The notes beneath the pieces were generated by a model. It was not told where the DNA came from. It saw nothing but the letters and a program-made list of their open reading frames with translations, and did not search any database. From Candidatus Latescibacterota bacterium (lineage in GTDB: Bacteria; Latescibacterota; UBA2968; GCA-2709665), in assembly GCA_965219455.1 (NCBI GenBank), contig OZ244744.1, positions 5,536,001 through 5,600,000 of the forward strand: a DNA stretch of 64,000 bases. Direction: 5' to 3'. Positions 20,649 to 29,131 of this stretch are shown here, in pieces. Position 1 is the first letter of the stretch. Each line of letters opens with the position of its first letter. Both the position numbers and the translations under genes were made by a program.

Positions 20649-21704
20649 CCACAACACAAACTTACAGTTTGTGTAACGATTGTACGGTAGTCTGACAGTT
20701 TGTGTTACGACCGTACTGCAATCTGCCGGTTGTGTAGCGGCCCCTATACCGGTTGTATAGCGTCCCCTGTTCTGGTTATGCAAGGGGCGACGGAGACACG
20801 TTCACCGATGGACGGATCCCCTTATACAAAGAGGCATATGGCGATAAACACCGAAAAAAAACTCCAAATACTAACGATTCTGTTTGATCCGGTGTCATGA
20901 ATCACCACTCTTGTGCGACATCCCAGATTTTCTTGGTCGACTCCCAGCTGCCATAATTCCTGACCGATTTTAGAACGGCGTCACAATTCCGAATAACCCA
21001 GCCGTACGCGACTTTAGCCCACGCCCAATCTAAAGCTAACCTCAATTCGAAAAAACAGCAACGCGGCGCCGCGACGAAAACTTCCGAAACGGGGCATAAA
21101 GGTCGTCCAAAAGGATGTTTTTTCCGTTCACGTCCAGTGACCCTATGTATCCTGGAAATCCGACGTCAAATCGCCTTTGTTCTTCTGTGTATATTCGACT
21201 TAAGGTCCCCAAAAAACGACGAATCAAGGTTAACAGTTGTAATGCAAAACACTGCCCTCTTCCAGGAAGCCTCCCGGTCTCCGTGCAAAATCGGCCGCCA
21301 CGTGCGACGATCGGCGCGCCACCGACGTGGCGTTCGCCCGGGTCGCAAGGCCGGAAAGGTTGCAGCCAGCCGCAGGGGCGACCGGCCGGTCGCCCCTACA
21401 AATAACGCGAATCGATCATCTCCACTCCGACACGGGACTCTGAGGTCTCGGTTTCATGGACGTGAGCAGACAGGAATGTCCGCTCCACCCTCTCAAGCCT
21501 CTTCTCGATGTTCGCTCGAGCGCATCAACCATCATCTCCACGCCCGTACAATGGCTTGTCGAGCCCGTGAAGAATCGCGTGTGAAGGTGGGGCAGACATT
21601 CCTGTCTGCCTTTTTCAGTGTTCTTCTGCCGGAATGCAGATAGAAGAAAGGCGCCCACGGCCTTCTTATCGCAGGGCGACCAGCCGGTCGCCCCTACAAA
21701 TACC

Positions 21705-22736
21705 TCATCTCGTTTCCCCGGACTCGGTGGCGCTGTCCGCGGCTGCCGAGGGCCTCTCGGGGGTGTCCCCCTTCTCTTCCACTGTCGAATCCTGGATTTT
21801 GCTGCAGGTGTCCTTTTGCTCCGATTGCGGGGCAGGCAATCGAGTGAGCTTTTCCTTAAGCGCCGACCAGAGCCCTGACAGGCCACCCTCCTGTCGCGAT
21901 GCCGGGATCTCTTCGTCCTGATCGGCGTTTTGCGCGGCGCTGTCTTCGGAAATCGTCTCCTCGCCGCAATCAGCCTCCGGCGAGTAGAGCAACACGGTCG
22001 TGTTGTCCTGGTAGGGACGTTCCGCGGCTTCCACGGCATGGATCAGCGCGCCGGCGTCGTCGTCGAGTGACGCGTCGCGATTATCGCAAAGGATTCGCTC
22101 GATCTCCTCATCCTCGAGGGTCAACAGGCCGTCGCTTGCCAGCAAAAGTCGATCTGTTTTCCGGACCGCAACCGGCTGGGACGAGACGTCAACCAGGTGG
22201 ATCTCATCGCCCATCACCGCGGAGCGCAGCGCGTGCCGCTTGGAATCCGTGGCCGCCTGTTCTGCGGTCATGCGCCCGGCCGCTACCAGGCTGGCGAGTA
22301 CCGGCGCCATGGAGTGATCCGCATTCAGGCGGCGCAACCGGCCGTCGCGGAACAGCCAGAGCGGGGAATCCCCCACGCTGATCCAGTCGATTCCGTCGCG
22401 CGAAATCACCGCAGCGACCACCGTGGACCCCATGCCCTTCATTTGGGGATTTTCGCTCGTCGCGTCGGCAAGCGCATCGTTGGCGGCGGCAAGGCAGGCG
22501 CGCAGACGGTCGGTGATCGGACCGTCGGTGCCGGGATAGGTCTCCACGAACGTCTTGACAACCGCCCTGCTGGCCGTATCGCCGCTCACGTGCCCCCCCA
22601 TCCCGTCGGCCAGCACCAGCACCTCGCCGCCGTCCTCGTCGGCGTCACCCCGCTCGATCAGGCCGTAATCGTCCTCCTGGTATTCCCGGCCGCCGGGAAT
22701 CTGCCCCGCGGCGAATCGTCCTTCCAATCGGTTCAT
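21705..22736 (-). CDS. PP2C-family Ser/Thr protein phosphatase (copy 2)
   Basis: Same motifs as 4350-5381 and near-identical catalytic domain. Confidence 0.93.
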   Translation of the reverse strand: MNRLEGRFAAGQIPGGREYQEDDYGLIERGDADEDGGEVLVLADGMGGHVSGDTASRAVVKTFVETYPGTDGPITDRLRACLAAANDALADATSENPQMKGMGSTVVAAVISRDGIDWISVGDSPLWLFRDGRLRRLNADHSMAPVLASLVAAGRMTAEQAATDSKRHALRSAVMGDEIHLVDVSSQPVAVRKTDRLLLASDGLLTLEDEEIERILCDNRDASLDDDAGALIHAVEAAERPYQDNTTVLLYSPEADCGEETISEDSAAQNADQDEEIPASRQEGGLSGLWSALKEKLTRLPAPQSEQKDTCSKIQDSTVEEKGDTPERPSAAADSATESGETR

Positions 22737-22790
22737 GGCATTCCTCCATTACGGCGCAGGACCGATGCCGTCCCATCAGTCTTGCATTCC

Positions 22791-22924
22791 ATCACGGATC
22801 GTTGCGGCGCCCCTCCCCCACGTTCGCGGGGCAAGAGGGACACCGCACCCACCTCATCATGACCGTCCCTGGACGCTCCGTTGCATACCCGGCACCCCCT
22901 TGGGGACACCGGCTCCAGCCGTCG
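22791..22924 (-). ncRNA. Putative structured DGR RNA spacer 3' of the TR
   Basis: Non-coding, directly follows the TR; stem ggtgtccctc/gaggggcgcc (G-U pairs on minus strand); 88-bp homolog at 32605-32692. Confidence 0.55.
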
Positions 22925-23045
22925 AGCGTGCGGGCAATACGAAACCCGTTGTTGTTGTTCCGTTTGCCGGTGGTATTCCTGTTGCGGTTCGCCGAGCGCA
23001 GGTTCCTCGGTTTGTTGTTCCACGAGCCGCCGCGCAACACGCGCT
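22925..23045 (-). repeat. DGR template repeat (TR)
   Basis: 121 bp reading cgcgtgttgcgcggcggctcgtggAACAACAAAccgAggAACctg...cggAACAACAACAACgggtttcgtattgcccgcacgct; AAC-rich copy of the 3' end of the FGE genes. Confidence 0.96.
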
Positions 23046-24130
23046 CAGGAGGGACGATCAGGCTTCCAAAGCGGATCGAACCACCCGCCTCGAAAGATCG
23101 CATGGCGCAAACGCCATGTATTGGCATGCTCTGCATGCGCGATCCACGCGTGCACCCGCGCGTCCACTTCCTCGCGTGTGATATGTGCATGACGCCAGCG
23201 GTCGCGCATACTCCGCAACCGGTTGCGAAAGCGGCGCACATTGGCTTCAGGCAACCGCCGGTATCCGCCCGGCAGGAGCACAAAACCCAAGAAAGTGGTC
23301 GGTGCTAATGTCTCGTCAATCATCGTTTTTTCCGGGTGCAGAGACAGCCGGCGGCGCTGCAAAAAATCCGCGATGCCATCCCGCCAGGCAGCGAGTTGTT
23401 CCGGGTCGTCGTGAAAAAGCGCAAAGTCGTCGACGTAGCGGACGTAGCCGCTGGCTCGCAACATTTCCTTGCAGAAGTGATCCAGGCCGTCCAGGTATAA
23501 ATTGGCGAAAAACTGGCTGGTCAGATTGCCAATGGGTAACCCGCGCCGGCGTTCGATAGGCGTGAACAGATCGTCCCCAGGATAGTAAATATTCACCGGC
23601 TCCTGCGGATTGGAACCATCAATGATGCGGTCGGCCAGCGCCAGCGTGCGCTCACAGGCGATTCGACGGCGTAGATCCGCCTTGAGAATCTCGTGATCGA
23701 TGGCTGGAAAGTAACGGTAAAGGTCGCACCTCAACACGTGGCGAAAACGGTCGCGGAACCGTTCGTAACGCACGATCGCCCGGTGGGTTCCCTTGCCCTG
23801 ACGATTCGCATAGCTGTCGAAAATGAAACCGCGCTCGAAGAGCGGCTCAACGACACCGCAAAAGGCGTGATGGACGACACGGTCCCGAAACGGCGCCGCG
23901 GACACGGTGCGTCGTTTGGGTTCGCGGATCTCGATCGTCTTGTAACGGCCCGGACGATAGCGCCCGCTTTGGAGTTCCCGCTCAAGGCGCAGGACCTTGG
24001 GCTCCAGGTTCGCCAGGAACCCAGCCGCGACGGGTTTGGACCGTTTTCCCCGTGCCGCTTTTCGGGCCGCCACCATCAGGGCCGGGAAGGAAACGATCTC
24101 TCCGAAAATATCACGTGCTCTTGTGGGCAC
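23045..24130 (-). CDS. DGR reverse transcriptase
   Basis: APFRDRVVHHA, YANRQGKGTH, GLPIGNLTSQFFANLYL (DGR-type SQ motif), YVRYVDDF; probable GTG start 24130 overlapping the end of avd. Confidence 0.95.
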   Translation of the reverse strand: MPTRARDIFGEIVSFPALMVAARKAARGKRSKPVAAGFLANLEPKVLRLERELQSGRYRPGRYKTIEIREPKRRTVSAAPFRDRVVHHAFCGVVEPLFERGFIFDSYANRQGKGTHRAIVRYERFRDRFRHVLRCDLYRYFPAIDHEILKADLRRRIACERTLALADRIIDGSNPQEPVNIYYPGDDLFTPIERRRGLPIGNLTSQFFANLYLDGLDHFCKEMLRASGYVRYVDDFALFHDDPEQLAAWRDGIADFLQRRRLSLHPEKTMIDETLAPTTFLGFVLLPGGYRRLPEANVRRFRNRLRSMRDRWRHAHITREEVDARVHAWIAHAEHANTWRLRHAIFRGGWFDPLWKPDRPS

Positions 24131-24509
24131 GATGCACCTTTTGCCAGCCGCCGACAAGGCGTCCGGTTTCGTCGAGGGTCCTGGCGGCATGTTCGTAGCG
24201 ACGGAGATCAAGATAATGCAAATCACGGGCGAGCCGGCACAGAAATCTTAGCTTCTCGATGCCCAGGTTGGCGAGCGCAAGCGCATCACCCCGGCGCCTG
24301 GTGTAAGTCGCCTCGATCAGACGCTCCAGAACGTCCAATGCCGACGTCTGAATCCTATCTCCCAGAAGAAACTTCTGGCTGCGCGGGAAACGCTCGACGG
24401 TGGGGACCAACCAGACCAGAAAACGAAAGTGGGACTCCAGCGCCGGGCCAATCTCGCGCGAGCGGTCACCCCGGCCAGGAACTGGCTGTTGGCCGTCCCT
24501 TGCGTTCAA
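24111..24509 (-). CDS. avd: DGR accessory variability determinant (Avd, four-helix bundle)
   Basis: FPRSQKFLLGDRI...LEKLRF-like...ETGRLVGGW pattern; basic ~130 aa protein directly upstream of the RT. Confidence 0.9.
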   Translation of the reverse strand: MNARDGQQPVPGRGDRSREIGPALESHFRFLVWLVPTVERFPRSQKFLLGDRIQTSALDVLERLIEATYTRRRGDALALANLGIEKLRFLCRLARDLHYLDLRRYEHAARTLDETGRLVGGWQKVHRAHKST

Positions 24510-24635
24510 AACCGCCCTCCATTTTTCAGTATGTCGACATGCCTTGGCATACGTGCCTTTCCACCAGAGCCGGTCCTACCAAGATCGCACCTACTGGCAA
24601 CGACCGGGTCTTTAGCATGCCCAGACCGAAAATTC

Positions 24636-24658
24636 CCAGGGGGGCTGTGCCCCCCTGG
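24636..24658. promoter_or_regulatory. DGR target-recognition hairpin downstream of VR3
   Basis: ccaggggggc-tgt-gcccccctgg, 10-bp stem and 3-nt loop, about 30 bp after the stop codon. Confidence 0.85.
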
Positions 24659-24688
24659 ACCCCCCATAAGACGTAAAGAGGTAAAGAT

Positions 24689-27334
24689 TCAAGGCGTAAG
24701 CGTCCGGGCAATACGAAACCCGATGACGATGACCCGTCTGCCGGCGGTATTCCTGAAGCGGAACGCCGAGCGCAGGAACCCCGGTATGATGCCCCACGAG
24801 CCGCCGCGCAACACGCGCTGCGCGCAGGCACCCCGCCCCCACGCCGTTCCGTCCGCAGGCGCTCCTGTATAGCTGTCGTTCCAGCAATCCCCAACCCACT
24901 CCCATACGTTGCCGTGCACGTCATACAAACCCCACGCATTGGCGCTGAAACTTCCCACAGATACCGTCTTTTCCCTATTCCGACCCTTCCGACCACTGCC
25001 ATACGTATAATTCCCGTTGTAATTCGCCTGGGCCGTCGTAATCGTCGATCCAAAATGAAATGGCGTCGTCGTACCCGCACGAGCCACGTACTCCCATTCC
25101 GACTCGCTCAACAATCGATACCTTTCACCAGTCCTTCGCGACAACCACCGCACGTACGACTGCGCGTCATCCCAACTCACATTCATCACCGGGCGGTTCC
25201 CACGGCCCCAGCCCCTGTCGTTGGGACGATATCCACCGCAACCTCCGGCATTCGCGCACGCGTCCCATTCCGCAAACGTGACTTCATATACACCCACCGC
25301 GAACCGATAATCGATACTCACGCGATGGCGCGGACCCTCATCGTCATCACGTCCCGACTCCCCACCGGGAGACCCCATCATAAACTAGCCCGACGGCACC
25401 ACCACCATCTCCGGACATTCTGCACAGTCCCTGAATTTTCCGCCTACCGTCCTGCGCAGCCGCTGGGTTTCTCGCGCTGCCGACAGACGGCCTTCCTTCC
25501 CGGACAACGTTGACGTTTCCGCATCGACTGCGCGTAATGAATCCACATACCCTCCCGCCTTGTCAAACGCCTCTTCTTCCAGGGTTTTCTCAAACATCCC
25601 TTTATACCGCTCGATTTTGGCTTGGCGAAGACGTTCTGTTTCCTCTGCAGCAATCCGTGCACTCTCGGCTTCCTGGCGACTTCGCTCCGCCTCGCGCGCA
25701 GACGACAGACGACCTCCCAACTCTGACAACAAGCGAGCAGATGCGTTTACAGCACGCAATGAATCCACGTAACTGCCCGCACGATCGAACGCCTTCCCGC
25801 CCAGGGATTCCTCGAACTTCCGCTTATGTTCCGCGATTTTAGCCTGACGAAGACGTTCTGCCTCCTCCGCTGCCAAACGCTCCCTGCGCTCCTCCTGGCG
25901 ACGACGCTGTTGCACCGCGCGCGCCGCAGACAGGCGCTCTTTCAGACTCGACAACACCGGCGCATCGGCCCAGACACCCCGTATCCGGGACATATTCTTA
26001 TCCGCCTTATCGAAATCCTTGTCCTCCAAAGCTCCGTCAAATTTGGATACGTAACGACCGATCACGCTATCCAGACCGGCGCTCGCTTCCTTATGGCCCG
26101 GCGCCAGAACCAATACCGCCTGATATTTCTCCCAGGCGTTGTTCCCCGCGGGACTCGTCAGCCGGTCCCGCGCCAGGTCTTCCACAGCACCGCCCAATAA
26201 TGCGGAGACCTGCGCATCCTGTTCCGCTTCCATCGCACGGCGAAGCTGATCCGGGCGATGGATGTGTTCATAGTAATAGTAGCCCCCTCCGATCAGAAGC
26301 GCCAACACACATACGAGCATGGCGAACAACGGTCCTTTGCGCTTCCCGGGCTGCCTGACGGGTGGATCATCGACGGTCTCGCGCTGCCGTGATCTCGGTG
26401 GGCGACCCTTCGCGGGCTTGACGACCGGCCGCGGTTTCTTCGCGGTGCCCGGCGTCTCCCCGGAAAGCGCAGTACGCCACGCGGCCACGCTCTGCGGGCG
26501 GTCGCCCTCATCCACCTTCAACGCCAAATCTATCGCCGCCAGAAATCCTCCGCTCGCCTGCCCGACGCTACGCTCGGCCACCGGCGTCAATGGATCGTTC
26601 CGCACCCTATCCGTGGCATCGTCAGGCACTCCACCCGTCAACGCGTGGTAGCACACGGCGCCCAGCGCATACACGTCCGTCCAGGGACCCTGGTCGCCGC
26701 GACTGGAATACTGCTCGATGGGCGCGTAACCCGGCGTGATGATCGACGTAACCGAGCGGCTGCGCGCCCCGATCGCCTGCCGAGCAGCCCCGAAGTCCAG
26801 CAACACCGGCGAATCGTCCGCGTCACGGATGATGATATTTCTCGGCTTGATGTCACGGTGCAGAAAGTCAGCCCCGTGAACCACCTCAAGACCGTCCAGG
26901 ATCGGATATAGGATCGCCTTCAGTTCCGCTTCGTCCAACGTCTTTCTGCGTTTGAGGAATTCCGACAGCGTGTCCCCCTCGGCATATTCCATCACGATAT
27001 ACGCCGTGCCGTGCGCCTCAAAAAAGCGAAACACTTTGATGATATGCCGGTGGTCGAAGCGGGCGAGGGTGCGCGCTTCGTCCAGGAATCGTTCCAGGCC
27101 CCACTCGAAGTCGCCGCGAAAGTGACTCGCCTGCGGCGCCACGCTATTATCGGCCGTACGGGTGGCGATATCGGCGGGAAGGTATTCCTTGACCGCGACC
27201 CCTTTGTCCAGGTTGTGGTCAAAGCCCAGATACGTCATCCCGAAGCCGCCGAAGCCCAGCACTCTCACCAGTTCGTACTCCTGCAGCCGATGCCCCTGGG
27301 GCAGGGCGTTGAGCGGGTGTTGCGCGTCGTTCAT
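24689..27334 (-). pseudogene. Receptor kinase - FGE paralog 3 (cognate DGR target) split by an in-frame TAG into 649-aa and 230-aa ORFs
   Basis: VVVPSG*FMMGS; TAG at 25385-25387 where paralogs have Ser (TCG/TCA); both halves are in the same frame. Confidence 0.85.
24699..24819 (-). repeat. DGR variable region VR3 (cognate)
   Basis: 19 mismatches to the TR, all at TR adenines; the only non-A difference is in the terminal IMH/IMH* (cgg versus cgc). Confidence 0.96.
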
Positions 27335-28134
27335 GGTGGTAACCTCACAGTTTGTGCAACTCCCCGCAAACTATCAGTTTGCGGTACGGATTGAGTTCAC
27401 AAGACGTATTTTGCTACAGTTTTAGTTGCGCGGCGCACATGCTTCGGTTCAGAATGACAGGTCGGTCGATCACCATTGGCGAATCGTGTCCCACACACCT
27501 GCGCCCTAACTGTCATGCTGAGGAAGCCGCCAGGCTGACGATGCGTCCGCGTCAATGTTCGTCGATCAACAGCACGCGCTCATGGGTCAATCGCACGTAC
27601 GGGAGATTCTTCGACTCCGCTCAGAATGACATGCTTTGCAGTAACCATTGGTGAACTGTGTCCGTCACGTGTCGGCCCTAACTGTCATGCTGAGGAAGCC
27701 TACAAGGCCGACGAAGCATCTACTGCGGCATGGGATCATGCCCGGGCGTCTGGCATTCGATCCGAACTAAAATGCGGCACAACCGCTCCCGCTTCGACTC
27801 CGCGCAGAATGACAGATGCCCTGAAATCATCAGCGAAACGTGTCCGTCACACGCACGCCAGCTTATCCGGCCGGCACGGCGGAAGCTGGGCGGAGCATCG
27901 CGAAGCCGCGTCAGGTTTTCATCACATTCATACTGCCCATTCTGACAGCCCTGATCATCCTGTCCATCCTGTTTATCCATGTTTCTCATTTCTGCATCCT
28001 CATCTCACGTGGCCTCATAGCGCTGCCACATGATTCCGTTTGTGTCGAAGCAACTCTTGACGTTGGAGATGAAACGGGCTATTATTTGATGTGGGCATTG
28101 TAGTAAGTCCCCTGCAAATGTGAAGGAAACAAAA

Positions 28135-28519
28135 GTGCCGGACGACACCAGGCCAATCTCAGGGTACAAGGGGATTCTGGGACAGGTCAACACACCGCTG
28201 GTGTTTTTTGCGCTGGCACTTTTGGTCATTGAAGGTATCATTGGATTTACTCTCGTCAATTCCAGACTCGACGCTGTACAACAATTCAACGTGATCTTGA
28301 TCAAGGCCGCGTTGTTTATGGCCGTTATCCTTAGTTGTTGCGTATATTACGGTGAAATATCCCCTGAATTTAATGGATAAAGTGAACGAGAGCCTGGGAC
28401 GCAATGAACTAATGGAAAAATACCTTGAAAGTGACGCGTTTAGAGACACTGTCGCAGATATCGTAGATGACATAGTCAAAAGGTCGCAGCCCGCGGAGGA
28501 GAAAAATGGATCTGAATGA
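28135..28519 (+). pseudogene. Small 2-TM membrane protein, frameshifted (copy 1)
   Basis: Extra A near 28334 relative to the copy at 38798-39180. Confidence 0.6.
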
Positions 28520-28775
28520 ACGGGAGACAATAAAGGAAATCGTCAGAGTCATCTATCACTCGAACGGTGACTGGCGCACACCCGGGGGTATAGCGCGAGA
28601 CCTTGGAATCTCGTCTGAAACGGTGACCCACGTTGTCAAAAGCCATCCCGATTTCTTCATTATGGCGAGTGACGGACGGGTGAAATATGCGCTTCGACCC
28701 GCTGGTCTCGATCCGGTATCGCTTACTGAAAGCGCACGAAGACAATATACCCAGGGGATGACGCCGACCTGCTGA
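28506..28775 (+). CDS. Small putative winged-HTH protein (copy 1)
   Basis: WRTPGGIARDLGISSETVTHVV; three copies in the window. Confidence 0.6.
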   Translation: MDLNERETIKEIVRVIYHSNGDWRTPGGIARDLGISSETVTHVVKSHPDFFIMASDGRVKYALRPAGLDPVSLTESARRQYTQGMTPTC

Positions 28776-29078
28776 CGATAGACGCTGAATTCCTCCCACT
28801 CCCCGGTGTATTCTTGCCATTTCTCGCTCTTCACGTCCACCCTTCGCCTATTGCTGTTTTTGCGAGTACGTGTTGGATTATTAAATTTCGGATTTTGCTG
28901 TTCGCTCTTTGCTTCAAGCTGAATGCTGTACGCTGACAGCTTCTTTTATGGCGTAAACGTCCGGGCGGCATCCAGGATATCCGTCGGTTTGGCCTCGGGA
29001 AGGGATCTGAACCATGTCTATCGAGTTCGTTTACACCCGAACGAGACACGTAGTCAACCGGTCGATCCCGGAAAAATC

Positions 29079-29103
29079 TCCAGGGGGGCGCAGCCCCCCT
29101 GGA
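29079..29103. promoter_or_regulatory. DGR target-recognition hairpin downstream of VR4
   Basis: tccaggggggc-gca-gcccccctgga, 11-bp stem. Confidence 0.85.
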
Positions 29104-29131
29104 CCCCCATAAGACGTAAAGAGGTAAAGAT

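Noticed and set aside
20600-20790. Possible tmRNA or intact tRNA
   Set aside because: No acceptor stem, D-arm, CCA or tag frame; only a degenerate tRNA 3' fragment is supported.
20800-21260. Lower-GC stretch with a 61-aa ORF
   Set aside because: Possibly a gene relic, but no family could be assigned.
22792-23283. 163-aa ORF containing RVLRGGSWNNKPRN...
   Set aside because: It is the TR read in the target frame and overlaps the RT gene; TRs are non-coding templates.
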